A stretch of 64,000 nucleotides of DNA, taken from NCBI GenBank assembly GCA_964202905.1, contig CAXNJO010000004.1:416001-480000 (forward strand), given 5' to 3'. Both the position numbers and the translations under genes were made by a program. Below the pieces are notes generated by a model. It ran no database searches. It saw nothing but the letters and a program-made list of their open reading frames with translations, and had not been told where the DNA came from. Origin of the DNA: Polyangiales bacterium (lineage in GTDB: Bacteria > Myxococcota_A > Polyangia > Polyangiales > JADJQN01). This document shows positions 1-10,549 of the stretch, in pieces. The stretch's first letter is position 1. The number at the start of each line of letters is the position of its first letter.

Positions 1-115
1 CCCCAGCGTGGGCGCCCGTCGCGAACGCGCGGACGGTGAGCAACGCGGCAAGCGCAGCGCACGTGGCCAGGAGCCAGCGCGCACGGCGCGTGATGAACGC
101 CCGAATCCGACTCAC
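1..115 (-). CDS. Partial CDS running off the left edge, probable signal peptide
   Basis: GTG at 115 reads MSRIRAFITRRARWLLATCAALAALLTVRAFATGAHAG: basic N-region, hydrophobic core, AHA cleavage-like site. Only 38 codons are visible. Confidence 0.35.
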   Translation of the reverse strand, partial: MSRIRAFITRRARWLLATCAALAALLTVRAFATGAHAG

Positions 116-211
116 GGTGCGCCAGATAGCACGCGCCGCCGCGCGCGTGGGGCCGGACGGACACCGGAGCGCGCTGTGTGCGCGCCCCGCCCCCGACCGG
201 ATGGCCCCGTG

Positions 212-3200
212 TCAGCCGATGTTGATCTGGATCCCGAGCGCCTCGCGCAAGCGGAAGTACTGCTCGCTCACGGAGAAGAGCACGAGCTCCTTGATCTTGT
301 CCTTCGGAGGCAGGTCCTGCGGGCCTGCCGAGGGGAGCGCCGCGATCATGCGCCCGGCGACCTCGAGGTCGTTGCACACGAGGAAGCCCGCGCGACACGC
401 CGTCAGCTCGACCGCCTGCATCCAGCGCTTGACGTCACCGCGCCCGCCCGCCTCGATGAAGCGCTTGGCCACGATGCGAAGCGACTCGGTGCTCGTCGGC
501 GAGAGACGCGATTGCATCATCTGCGCCCACTGGTCGACCGCCGGATCCGCCGCACCGAGCCCGACGAGGCGCAAGCCGGACATGAGCGCGAGCTTGAGCT
601 CGGGCTGAGTCGGCAGCAGCCGCATCAGGTAGTGCTCGCCCCGGTAGAACGACAGATGGTGCGCGACGACGAACGTGAGGTCCTGCGGGCTGAAGCCGCT
701 CAACAGCGTGGACCCGCACACCGAGGCGATCGGCTCGCCCGGGACGTGCACGAGACCGCCCGGCGAGGTGGGCTTGAGGAAGAGGCGCGGCACCGGGAGC
801 GACAGCACCTGCCCGATGAAGCCGAACGTCTTCGCGAAGGTGACGGTGCTGGTCGCGGGATCGACCTGCTCCTTCTTCACGAGGCCGAGCAGCTTGTCGT
901 TCTGCGCCTTCACCGCGAGCACCGCCGGCAACACCGCCTCGAACATCTTGCCGATGTAGAGGTCCTCGTCCGGGTGGAAGAGGTCCTTGACGAAGCGCTC
1001 GTTGTCGAGCCGGGACGTCGGACGGATCATCCCGCGGTTGCGGTACTGCTCGAAGAACTGCTGCTGCTCAGCGTCCGCCTTCTTCAGGAAGACGAGGGCG
1101 CTCGCGAGGCACCAGGCCTTGTCGTAGGCGCGCGCATCGAAGTAGAGCTTGTACAGCGCGCGGTACGAATCGACGCGATACGGATCCTTCCGAAGCAGGT
1201 ATTGGTGTTCGTCGATCGCGTCCTGGAGTCGCGAGGGGACGAGCGCGTACAACTCGGCGAGGATCTGGTGACCAGCGAGGTCGTCGGGGCGCAGGTTCGT
1301 CGCCATCTTGAACGCCTCGGCCGCGGTCTCGTGCTTCTGCATACGGTCACGGTAGATGACGCCGAGGTTGTGCCAGAGGTTCCACTCGAGTTCGGTGTTC
1401 CCCTTGCCGACGACGCGCTTGATCATCTTCCGGAAGGCGCGCTCGAGCTGCCGCCAGTCCTTCTGCGTCGTCCAGATCTTGTTGATCGCCTCGAAGGGCT
1501 TGAGCTGCGTCGGATCGAGGTCGAGGGCCTCGTCGAACTTCGCGACGGCCTTCTCGGCGTCCTTCAACTCGTCGCGGATGATGACGCCGACCGTGTAGGC
1601 GTACTTCGCCTTCGCGAGCGGGCGCTCGTCGAGGTCCGAGATGCGCTGGATGATCTCCACCGCGCGATCCCACATCTTCTGCTCCTGGTACAGCGCCAGG
1701 AGTTTGTGCATGACGACGTGGTTCTTCGGCTGGAGGGCCGAGGCGTCCACGTAGCTCTGCATCGCCTTCTGCGGGTTCTTGAGCTTGTCCTTCCAGAGGT
1801 CGCCGATCTGGTCGAGCAGCGTGAACTGCTCGGGCTCCGTCCCGACCTCGAGGATCTGCTTCTTGAAGTGGATGACCTGCTCCCACTCGTTGCCCTCGGC
1901 GTAGAGGGCGACGACGGCCTCGAGCGTCGGCCGGTGGTGGGCATCCTCTTCGAGCGCCTTGTCGAACATGTTGAGCGCCTTGCGACGCTCGCCCTGCTCG
2001 CGCTTGATGACGCCGAGGCGGTGGAAGGTGTCGCTCACCTCGTCACGCGTGAGCGTGTCTCGGTGGTGCACGAGCACCATCTGATAGAACTTGAAGGCCT
2101 TCTCCCAGTCCTTCAGGCGGTAGTTCACCGCCGCGAGACCCTGGAGCGAGGCGAGGTGCTGCGGGTCGAGCTGGTTGGCGTGGCTGAACGCCTTCAGCGC
2201 GCGCTCGTCGTCGCCGAGTTCGGTCGCGGTACGACCGAGCGCGAACCACAACCCGTGCTGCTCGTTGGCCGGACGGCGATTCGCACGCTTGACGAGCATG
2301 TCGAGCAGCGGCGCGGCCTTGCTCCACTCCCCCGCCCTCACGTACTCGTCGACGAGCGGCATGGCCGCGTCTTCGTTGTCCGCGTCCTGCTTGTAGGCCG
2401 CCTCGAAGCACTCGATCGCGCGCTCGTGCTCGTCGAGCCGCTGCTCGTTGATCTGGCCGAGCTCGACGAAGAGCCGCGCGAGCTGGCGCGGCGCCTGCGT
2501 GTACTGCGTCTCCTGCTCGAGCACGCGCGCGGCCGAGAGCCAATCGGCGTTGTCGACGTGGATCTTGCGCATCGCTTCGAGCGACGGGAGGTGCCCCGGC
2601 TCGACGTCGAGCGCGCTCTGGTACTTGTCGACGGCGCTCGCGCGGTCGCCGAGGCGCTCGTCGTAGAGACGACCCATGCGATGCCGGAGGTCGACGAGCT
2701 GCTGGGGGTCGCTGAGGCGACGGCTCAGCTGCTCCATCATGTCGAGCGAGCTCGCGTGGTCGCCGCGTTTGTCATAGAGCCGCGCGAGGGCGTCGAGCGC
2801 CGGGATGTGGTTCTCGTCGACGCCGATGACGTTGAGGTACGCGTCGATCGCGCGGTCGACATCGGGCTTGTCCGTCGCGTAGACGCCGCCAATCTGCTGG
2901 AAGAGTTCGGTCTTCTCGCGTCGATCCGGGGTCGCCGACACATGCCGCTCGTACGTGTGGACGAGGTCGTCCCAGCGCTGGAGCTGCCGATACGTACGCG
3001 CGAGTGCGCGCAGCGAGGGCTCGTGGTTCGGGTCGATGTCGAGCACCTGCTCGAGGCGCTCCGCGGACTTCTCCGGCTTGACGAACAACTCCTCCCACAT
3101 GCCGGCAAGGCGCGTCAGGATCGCGATGCGCTCCTTCTCGGTGCGCACCACCTCGAGTTGCGCCTCGAGCGTGGCGACGAGATCCGGCCAGCGCTCGCGC

Positions 3201-6200
3201 AGCGTGTAGAGCCGATCGAGGCCCTTGAGCGCGGCGAGGCTCTGATTGTCCGCCTCGAGCGCCTGCCGGTACACGGCGATCGCCCCGTCCGGATCCTCGA
3301 GGCGATCCTCGAGGAGCTCGGCGACCTTCACGCGCTCCTCGGCCTGCTCGACAGGGTCCGCGATGGCCGCGACCTTGCGCTGCAGGACCTGCTGCAGGTC
3401 GGCCCACTGCTCGCGCTTCCTGAAGATGCGCTCGAGCGCCTCGAGGGCGCCGACGTTGCCATGGTCGAGTTCGAGGGCCTTCTGGTAGAGGCCCATCGCC
3501 TGCTCAGGCATGCCGCGATGCGTCTCGGCGAGGTCGCCGAGTTGCACGTAGACGGCCATCTTCTCCGCAGGGTCGGTCGTCGTCTCGGCGAGGCGCGTGA
3601 GCACCTGCGCGAGCGTCGGCCACTGCTGGGTCTGCCGATAGAGGTCCGACATCTGCCGCATGGCGGGCAGGTTCGCGGGGTCGAGCGCGAGGATCTGCTG
3701 GTAGTAGGGGATCGCGTATTCGGGGTGCTTGAGCTCGGTTCCGTACCACTTTGCGCAGCGCAGACAGATGGCGATCTTGAGCGCCGGGTCCTCGACCTGC
3801 GGCAGCGCCTCGTTCGCGCTCTGGAGCAGCTCCGCCCACCGCTGGGTGAGTCCGGCGACCCGCTCGAGTTCCGCCGCCGTCACCGCGTCCGTGTAGTCGG
3901 AAGACCAGGCGATCTGCAGCGTCTCGAAGGCGCTGTTCCGGTCACCGAGCTCCTTCTCGTAGACATCGGCGACCTTGCGCAGCAGCGCGACGCGCTCCTG
4001 CTCGTCGTCGACGGCCTCGACGCGCGAGACGTAGAGCGTGATCAGGTCTTCCCAGCGCGCGGCCTCGCGGTGCAACGACGAGAGCTGCGTGAAGGCGACC
4101 TCGTGGAGCGGCGACAACTCGAGGATGCGCTGGTAGGCGCTCGTGCCGCGGTCCCGATCGCCCACGTGGGCGTCCCAGGCGCTCGCGATCGCGAGAAGCT
4201 CGGCGATCTTGGCCGTGTCATCCTCGAGCGCGTCGTGGCGGCGCTCCTTGATGGCAATGGCGTCTTCCCAGTTCCCCTGCTCGACGTGGATCCGCTCGAG
4301 CGCCTCGAGCGTCCCGAAGTGACCGGCGTTGAGGGCAAGCGCCTTCTCGTAGGCGTCGACCGCGTCCGCGGGTTGGCCGAGCGCCGTCTCGAAGAGGAGG
4401 CCGAGTTCGCGGTAAACGCCCTCGAGGGCAGCGTCGTCGAGGGTCGCCGCGCCGACGTCGATCGTGCGCTGCAAGGCATCGACGAGTTCCGCCGTCTGAC
4501 CTGCGTTGCGGTGGATGGTCGCGATCGACGAGAGCGCGAACGTGCTGCCGGGGTCGAGATCGAGGACGCGCTCCCAGGCCTCCAGCGCGCTGCGGTCCTT
4601 CTGGAGCCGCTCGTACCAGTTGCGCCCGAGGTCCGCGTAGATCGCGATGCGTGTCTCGTCGTCGTCGACGACGTTGACCTCGCGCTCGAGGATGTCGACG
4701 AGGTCGCGCCAGCGCTCCTGCCCGGCGTAGAGATCACCGACCGCGTTGAGCGCTTCGACGTCCTCCCCGCGGAGGTCGAGGACCTTTTGCCACAGGCCGA
4801 CGGCCTGCTCCTTGTGGCCGAGGTGGTCGGACGCGAGGCGCGCCATCTTCGCGTAGACGTCGCTGCGGGCGCTGTCGCCAGCCACGACCTCGAGCTCACG
4901 CTCGAAGGTCTGGTAGAGCGCGGGCCAGTCCCCGAGTCGGGTGTAGACGTTCGCCAGCGCGAGGATGGACTCGGCGTGCTGCGGGTCGAGCTCGTCGAGC
5001 ACCTTGCGGTACGCGGCGACCGACTCGCTTGGACGCTGGAGGTCATTCTCGTAGACCTGGCCGAGTCGGTATCCAAACTCGACGAGCTCGGGGCTGCCGC
5101 CCCGTCCGACCGTGGTGTGCGCCGCAATCTGCCGACGCAGAACCTCGGCGAGGGCCTCGTGCGCGCCGTTCTCGAGGTAGATCCGATCGAGGGCGGCGAG
5201 CGCCTCGCGATCCTGGGGGTCCGCTGACAGGACGTAGCGGTAGGCTTCCTCGGCGCGGGTCGTGTCCCCGAGTTGTGCCTCGAACACGGCCGCGAGCCGT
5301 CGAGCGACGGCGACGGCCGTCTCGCGCGCGCCGGGCTGCCCGGCGGCCACCGCGGCCCGCATCGCCTCGAGGATGTCGGCGAGCGTTTGCGCGACCAGCG
5401 CCCACTGATCCTGGATTTGCGCGAGGCGATCGACCTCGCCGCTTGCGTGCTCGTCACCGGGGGCCTCGAGCAGCGCGCGGAGTTCCCACTCGAGGGCCGT
5501 CTGGTGGTCGTTCGCCCGCTCCTCTGCGATTTCCGCCATTTTGTGCATCATCGCGAGGCGCTCGCCTGGGTCGGCGAGGTGCGAGAGCTGCACGGTGTGG
5601 ACGCCGATGAGGCGATCGTAAGCCTCGGACATGCGGTAGAGCGGCTCGAGGATCTCGCCGATGACGAGCGAGCGCACGCCCTCGGCGAAGAGCCCCTCGA
5701 GCGCTTCAAGCGCGGGGCCATGCTCCGGGGCGGCGCCGAGGATCTCGCGGAACTGCTCGATCGCGGCGTCTGTGTCCCCGAGACGCGCCTGACAGAGTTC
5801 GCCGAGGCGGAACTGGAAGGTGAGGATGTCGTCGGGGCTGTCGGCCGTTTGCGCCTCGCGGCGCAAGATCCCAGCGAGGTCGGCCCAGCGCTCGGTGGCC
5901 TCGTACAGCCGATCGAGCGCCTCGATGGCGGCCCGGTTGAGGTCATCCGTCGCGAGGGCGGTCGCGTAGCGCGCGATCGCCGCGTCGACGTCGCCGACCT
6001 GGACCTCGTAGATTTGCGCCACGCGCAGCGCGGCCTCCACGAGCCGCTCGCCGTCGTTCGCCTCGCGCAACTTCCCGAGTTCGAGATCGTAGAGCCGCGT
6101 GACCTCCGACCAACGAGCGAGCGGCTCGGCGAGGCGCTCGAGCGAATTGAGCGTGTGCTCGTTCGCCGGCTCGATCGGCAGCGCCCGCGCGTAGGCGCCG

Positions 6201-9200
6201 AACGCGCTCGACGCGTCGTCGAGCGCCGTCTCGTAGAGTTCGGCCACCGCGTGGAGCAGCTCGGTCTGCCGGACCGGGTCCGGCTCGTGCGCGAGCTGCA
6301 CCTCGTGCACCGCGATGAGGCGCGCCCACTCGGCCGCCGCGCGGTACACAGGCTCGAGCACGCCCGCGGCTGCCACGGGCTCAGCGCCCGCGCGGATCAT
6401 CTCCTCGAGGGCCGCGATCGTGGGCTCGTGGTCGGGTACGACCTCGAGAAGCTCGCGGTAGCCTTCCACCGCGCGCCCCGCGTCGCCGAGTCGGCGTTGC
6501 CAGAGTTCGGCGATGCGGAATCGGTAGGCGAGGACCTCGGTGGGATCACCCGCGAGTTCCGCCTGATGCTCGAGGATCGAGAGCAGTTCCTTCCAGTTGC
6601 CGCTCGCCTGGTAGAGCACGTCCAGTCGACCGAGCGCCGTGAGGTCGTCGGGATCGAGCTCCAGCACGCGCTCGTACGCGTCGATCGCCTTCGGCGTGTC
6701 GCCGAGCTCGCGCTCATGGATCGCGCCGAGTTCGACGAGCAGTGCCTTCTTCTCGAGCGGGTCACTGACGATCTCGGCCTTGCGCGCATACACGCCGAGG
6801 AGCGGCTCCCACTGAGAGAGCTTCAGATGCAGCTCGATGAGTTTGTCGAGGGCGCGCAGGTCTTCGGCATCGTGCTCGAGCACCCGCTGATAGACCGCGA
6901 TGGCATCGCTGGGGCGCTCGAGGATCTCCTCGTAGATCGACGCCGCTCGGAAGAGGTGCTCCTTCTGCTCTTCGGGCGATTCGAGCATCGTCGCCTTGAG
7001 CAGGAACGTCTTCGCGAGGTCTTCGTAGCTCTCGCCCGCCGCGAAGAGACGTTCGAGCGCGCTCGCGGCCTCGAGGTTCGTCGCGTCGAGCCCGAGTACG
7101 CGCTGGTAGAGCGCGATCGCAGCCGGCGCGGCCCCGAGCTGCTCCTCCTGAATCGCTGCGCCCCTCGTGAGGAGAGCGGCAGCGAGCGCGACATCGGGCT
7201 CGGTGCCCGCGGCCTGCGCATCGGCGAGCGAACGGTCGGCCTGTCCCTCGTACACAGCAGCGAGCCCGGCGAAATCACCGGTCACGGCCGCGAGCCGATC
7301 GAGGTTCTCTTGCGTCGTCGTGTTCGACGCGTCTTCCGCGAGTGCGCGCGCGAAACTCGCGAATGCCCCCGGCATATCGTCGAGCGCGACCTCGTGAAGC
7401 TCGGCGACCGCGTGGAGCAGGCCGATGCGCTGATCCGGGGAGACCGCGTGCAGCAGCTGGATCTCGTGGACGCCGATCAGCTTCTGGAAGTCGTTCTGCT
7501 CGCGGTAGATCGGCTCGAGGATCTCGGCGATGACGACCTGATGCTCGGCGACCTGCACGAGTCGCTCGAGGGCCCCGAGCGCGACCGGGTTGCCCGGGTC
7601 GGCCTCGAGCACGTGTCGGTGGATCTCGATCGCCGCGTCGACGGCGCCCATGCGCGTCTCACGGAGCTCGGCAAGACGCAGTTGCAGCGCGATCGTCTGG
7701 GCCGGATCGTCGGCGAGCGCGAGCTGCCGACCGACGTTGTCCGCGAGTTCACTCCACTGCTCGAGCCGCGCGTAGAGCGTGTCGAGGGCAGTGAGCGCGC
7801 GCTGACTCGTCGGCTCGAGCTCGAGCACCTCCTGGAAGATCGACGCCGCGAGCGCCGGCTCCGAGAGGGGCTCGTCGTGGATGCGTGCCATCTGCTCGAG
7901 GAGGTCTTCTTGCGAGGACGGGTCCGCAGACAGCTCGACCTTGCGACGAAGCACGCCGAGGAGATCACGCCACCGCTCCGTGCGGCGGTAGAGCGTGTCG
8001 AGCGCCTCGAGCACCACGAGGTCGCCAGGGTCCTGCGCGAGAACCTTGCCGTACGCGGCCACGGCGGCGTCGACGTCACCGCCCTCGGCCTCGTTGAGTT
8101 GCGCAGCCTTGATCCAGAGCGCGCGGGAGAGCGTCAGATCGCTGGCGGCCACCTCGCCCGCCAGTTCGGACACGAGCGCGACGAGGCGCGCGTGACGCTC
8201 CGGCGTGGTCGCGAGCCCCTCGAGGCTGTCGAGCGTCTCGACGCTCGCCGGAGAGCCCCGCAAGGCCCGGGCGAAGGCGTCGAACGCGCGATCACCGTCG
8301 CCGACCTGGGACTGCAGGACGACGCCCGCCTTCGTGAGCAACTCGAGCTTGCGGGCCGCGTCGTCGGACGCCGCGTGCAGGACCTCCAGCGCCTTGATCA
8401 GGCTCTCCGCGTCACCGCGGAGCTCGTAGATGGGCTCGAGGATCTCCGCGGCGCTCGCACCGAGCGTCGGGTCCGGGAGCATCGCCTCGAGTGCCTCGCG
8501 CGCGCCGTCGTGCTCGGGCAGGAGCGACAGGATCTCGCGATAGAGGTCGACCGCACGGGGTTTGTCGTCGAGGTGGAGCTCGAGCGCGCGCGCGAGCCGG
8601 AACTTGAGCGCAGCGAGCTCCTGCTCGTCGGCCGGGTTGAGGTCGATCCGGCGCTCGAGGGCCGCCGCGAAATCGGCCCAGCGCGCCTGCGACTCGTAGA
8701 GGCGGTCGAGCGCCACATAGGCGGCCGACTCGTCGTCGCCGTGATCCGCGAGGATGCTGCGGTACGCCTCGATGGCCTCCGCGGGGCTTTGCAACTCCTG
8801 CTCGTAGAGCGCGGCCATGTCGTACGCGAGCTTCTTGCGCGCGTCGGGGTCGCTCTCGAGCTCGGCGCGGCGCGTGTAAACGCCATGAAGCTCGCGGAAG
8901 CGCGAGGTCGCGCGGTACAGCGTCTCGAGCGCCGCCATGGCACCGAGGTGCTCGCTCTCGGCCGTCCACACCTCGGTGTACTGCGCGATGGCATCGTCCG
9001 TGCGGCCGATCGCCGCGAGCACGCGGCCGAGGTTCATCCGGAGTTCGAGCGCGTCCGCGCCGCTCTCGGCCCTCGCGATCGCCGCCTCGTAGTGCGCCAC
9101 GACGCGCTCCCAGCCATCGACGGCGGCCGCGACGCGCTCGACGTCCTCGCGAATCACCTCGGTGAGCGGGCTGAGCGAGAACGCCTCGAGGAAGCGCTCG

Positions 9201-10465
9201 AAGGCGGTGTCGGGATCCTTCAGGCGCTCTTCACAGAGAAGCCCCGCCTCGCGCAGCAGCATCACGCGCTCGCCGGGATCGGTCAGGTGCCCGAGGCGCA
9301 CCTCGTAGACACCGGCGAGTTTCTTCGCGTCGTTCGCGGCCTCGTAGATCGGTGAAAGCGCGACGGCGGCGTCGTGGTTCTTCGGGTCCAGTTCGAGGAC
9401 CCTCTCGAGCGCCTTCGCGGCCCGATCCGTCTTCTCCTTCTTCTCGGCCCAGAGGCGCGCGACGCGGAAGTAGAGGTCGATCTTCTCGGCGGCCGGCGCG
9501 TCCTTGTTCTCCGTCTCGCGCTCGAAGGTGCGGATCAGTTCATCCCACTTGTCCTGGGTCGCGTAGAAATCCTCGAGTTCGCCCCAGGCCTTCAGCGACA
9601 CAAAGCGCTTCTTCAGCTGCTCCTGCGCGCGCCGATCGTTCGGGTCGAGCAGGAGCAATCGCTTGAACGCGCCGACCGCGCCGGCGTCGTCGCTGAGTTT
9701 GTCCGCGTAAATCATGCCGAGCTTGTTGAGCGCGGCGATGAGTTCCTTTTCATCGGAGATGCGGGTGCTCTGCGCCTCGAGGACCTCCGCAAGCGGCCCC
9801 CACTCGCGCGCCTTCTCGTGGAGCCCAGCGAGGTTGCCGAGGGCGTCGGCGTTCTCCGGCTCGAGGCGGAGGACGGACTTCCACAGATCGATGCAGATCT
9901 CGGGCTTGCGGAGCTTCTCCGTGGCGAGCTGCGCCATCTCGACGTAGCGCAGGCTGCGGTCGCTCGGGTCCATGAGCTCGGTCTCGAGCTTCATGACGGA
10001 AACGAGTTTCTCCCAGTCGCGGCGCTTCTCGTACATCTCCTTGAGGCGCGTGATCGCCTCGACGTTGGAGGGCGCGATCTGGAGGACGGCCTCGTAAGCC
10101 TTGATGGCCTCCGCTTGGTTGGAGGACTTCTCGAGGAACAGCGAGCCCGCGAGAGAGAGCAGCTCGACCTTCTGTTCGGGGTCGCGGTGGATCTCCGCCT
10201 TCGCGAGGACCCCCTTGATGACGTCCGACCAGCGCTTCTGCCCTTCGAAGCGGGCGATCTGCTCGTCGAGCTCCGCGAGCTTCGCGCGCTCTGCGTCGGT
10301 GAGCGGACGCGCCGCCGCGCCATCGCTCACCGCCGCAGGCGTCGCGTCGGTCGCGCCCGCTTCACTCAAGGGAGACGGGGATTCGCCCACGGACGAATCC
10401 GACTCGCCCTGCTGCGCCGCCATCGCCTCGAAACCGTCCGAGCCGCCGACATCATTCTCCGACAC
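212..10465 (-). CDS. Giant tetratricopeptide-repeat protein (~3,417 aa), AgmK/GltI-like architecture, with a non-TPR C-terminal domain
   Basis: Uninterrupted ORF. Dozens of TPR-like units (A..AY..VL..DP....AL..L..LY....RW.DL...L). GGAGG lies 5 nt before GTG at 10465 (the ORF track starts at ATG 10477). No signal peptide. Orthology to AgmK is not established. Confidence 0.9.
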   Translation of the reverse strand: MSENDVGGSDGFEAMAAQQGESDSSVGESPSPLSEAGATDATPAAVSDGAAARPLTDAERAKLAELDEQIARFEGQKRWSDVIKGVLAKAEIHRDPEQKVELLSLAGSLFLEKSSNQAEAIKAYEAVLQIAPSNVEAITRLKEMYEKRRDWEKLVSVMKLETELMDPSDRSLRYVEMAQLATEKLRKPEICIDLWKSVLRLEPENADALGNLAGLHEKAREWGPLAEVLEAQSTRISDEKELIAALNKLGMIYADKLSDDAGAVGAFKRLLLLDPNDRRAQEQLKKRFVSLKAWGELEDFYATQDKWDELIRTFERETENKDAPAAEKIDLYFRVARLWAEKKEKTDRAAKALERVLELDPKNHDAAVALSPIYEAANDAKKLAGVYEVRLGHLTDPGERVMLLREAGLLCEERLKDPDTAFERFLEAFSLSPLTEVIREDVERVAAAVDGWERVVAHYEAAIARAESGADALELRMNLGRVLAAIGRTDDAIAQYTEVWTAESEHLGAMAALETLYRATSRFRELHGVYTRRAELESDPDARKKLAYDMAALYEQELQSPAEAIEAYRSILADHGDDESAAYVALDRLYESQARWADFAAALERRIDLNPADEQELAALKFRLARALELHLDDKPRAVDLYREILSLLPEHDGAREALEAMLPDPTLGASAAEILEPIYELRGDAESLIKALEVLHAASDDAARKLELLTKAGVVLQSQVGDGDRAFDAFARALRGSPASVETLDSLEGLATTPERHARLVALVSELAGEVAASDLTLSRALWIKAAQLNEAEGGDVDAAVAAYGKVLAQDPGDLVVLEALDTLYRRTERWRDLLGVLRRKVELSADPSSQEDLLEQMARIHDEPLSEPALAASIFQEVLELEPTSQRALTALDTLYARLEQWSELADNVGRQLALADDPAQTIALQLRLAELRETRMGAVDAAIEIHRHVLEADPGNPVALGALERLVQVAEHQVVIAEILEPIYREQNDFQKLIGVHEIQLLHAVSPDQRIGLLHAVAELHEVALDDMPGAFASFARALAEDASNTTTQENLDRLAAVTGDFAGLAAVYEGQADRSLADAQAAGTEPDVALAAALLTRGAAIQEEQLGAAPAAIALYQRVLGLDATNLEAASALERLFAAGESYEDLAKTFLLKATMLESPEEQKEHLFRAASIYEEILERPSDAIAVYQRVLEHDAEDLRALDKLIELHLKLSQWEPLLGVYARKAEIVSDPLEKKALLVELGAIHERELGDTPKAIDAYERVLELDPDDLTALGRLDVLYQASGNWKELLSILEHQAELAGDPTEVLAYRFRIAELWQRRLGDAGRAVEGYRELLEVVPDHEPTIAALEEMIRAGAEPVAAAGVLEPVYRAAAEWARLIAVHEVQLAHEPDPVRQTELLHAVAELYETALDDASSAFGAYARALPIEPANEHTLNSLERLAEPLARWSEVTRLYDLELGKLREANDGERLVEAALRVAQIYEVQVGDVDAAIARYATALATDDLNRAAIEALDRLYEATERWADLAGILRREAQTADSPDDILTFQFRLGELCQARLGDTDAAIEQFREILGAAPEHGPALEALEGLFAEGVRSLVIGEILEPLYRMSEAYDRLIGVHTVQLSHLADPGERLAMMHKMAEIAEERANDHQTALEWELRALLEAPGDEHASGEVDRLAQIQDQWALVAQTLADILEAMRAAVAAGQPGARETAVAVARRLAAVFEAQLGDTTRAEEAYRYVLSADPQDREALAALDRIYLENGAHEALAEVLRRQIAAHTTVGRGGSPELVEFGYRLGQVYENDLQRPSESVAAYRKVLDELDPQHAESILALANVYTRLGDWPALYQTFERELEVVAGDSARSDVYAKMARLASDHLGHKEQAVGLWQKVLDLRGEDVEALNAVGDLYAGQERWRDLVDILEREVNVVDDDETRIAIYADLGRNWYERLQKDRSALEAWERVLDLDPGSTFALSSIATIHRNAGQTAELVDALQRTIDVGAATLDDAALEGVYRELGLLFETALGQPADAVDAYEKALALNAGHFGTLEALERIHVEQGNWEDAIAIKERRHDALEDDTAKIAELLAIASAWDAHVGDRDRGTSAYQRILELSPLHEVAFTQLSSLHREAARWEDLITLYVSRVEAVDDEQERVALLRKVADVYEKELGDRNSAFETLQIAWSSDYTDAVTAAELERVAGLTQRWAELLQSANEALPQVEDPALKIAICLRCAKWYGTELKHPEYAIPYYQQILALDPANLPAMRQMSDLYRQTQQWPTLAQVLTRLAETTTDPAEKMAVYVQLGDLAETHRGMPEQAMGLYQKALELDHGNVGALEALERIFRKREQWADLQQVLQRKVAAIADPVEQAEERVKVAELLEDRLEDPDGAIAVYRQALEADNQSLAALKGLDRLYTLRERWPDLVATLEAQLEVVRTEKERIAILTRLAGMWEELFVKPEKSAERLEQVLDIDPNHEPSLRALARTYRQLQRWDDLVHTYERHVSATPDRREKTELFQQIGGVYATDKPDVDRAIDAYLNVIGVDENHIPALDALARLYDKRGDHASSLDMMEQLSRRLSDPQQLVDLRHRMGRLYDERLGDRASAVDKYQSALDVEPGHLPSLEAMRKIHVDNADWLSAARVLEQETQYTQAPRQLARLFVELGQINEQRLDEHERAIECFEAAYKQDADNEDAAMPLVDEYVRAGEWSKAAPLLDMLVKRANRRPANEQHGLWFALGRTATELGDDERALKAFSHANQLDPQHLASLQGLAAVNYRLKDWEKAFKFYQMVLVHHRDTLTRDEVSDTFHRLGVIKREQGERRKALNMFDKALEEDAHHRPTLEAVVALYAEGNEWEQVIHFKKQILEVGTEPEQFTLLDQIGDLWKDKLKNPQKAMQSYVDASALQPKNHVVMHKLLALYQEQKMWDRAVEIIQRISDLDERPLAKAKYAYTVGVIIRDELKDAEKAVAKFDEALDLDPTQLKPFEAINKIWTTQKDWRQLERAFRKMIKRVVGKGNTELEWNLWHNLGVIYRDRMQKHETAAEAFKMATNLRPDDLAGHQILAELYALVPSRLQDAIDEHQYLLRKDPYRVDSYRALYKLYFDARAYDKAWCLASALVFLKKADAEQQQFFEQYRNRGMIRPTSRLDNERFVKDLFHPDEDLYIGKMFEAVLPAVLAVKAQNDKLLGLVKKEQVDPATSTVTFAKTFGFIGQVLSLPVPRLFLKPTSPGGLVHVPGEPIASVCGSTLLSGFSPQDLTFVVAHHLSFYRGEHYLMRLLPTQPELKLALMSGLRLVGLGAADPAVDQWAQMMQSRLSPTSTESLRIVAKRFIEAGGRGDVKRWMQAVELTACRAGFLVCNDLEVAGRMIAALPSAGPQDLPPKDKIKELVLFSVSEQYFRLREALGIQINIG

Positions 10466-10549
10466 GCATGCCTCCATCGAACGCCGCTCTAGGACCGCGG
10501 GAGAGAGATCGTTTGGTGGCGGGCGCGACGGGAGGCCGCGCCGCCCCGG

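Noticed and set aside
8..10492. Very long plus-strand ORFs (1739, 1360 and 372 aa) opposite the giant TPR gene, and similar ones opposite gltD, recG and ALDH
   Set aside because: Antisense shadows expected from high-GC codon bias. They are Arg/Leu/Val-rich with no recognisable motifs.
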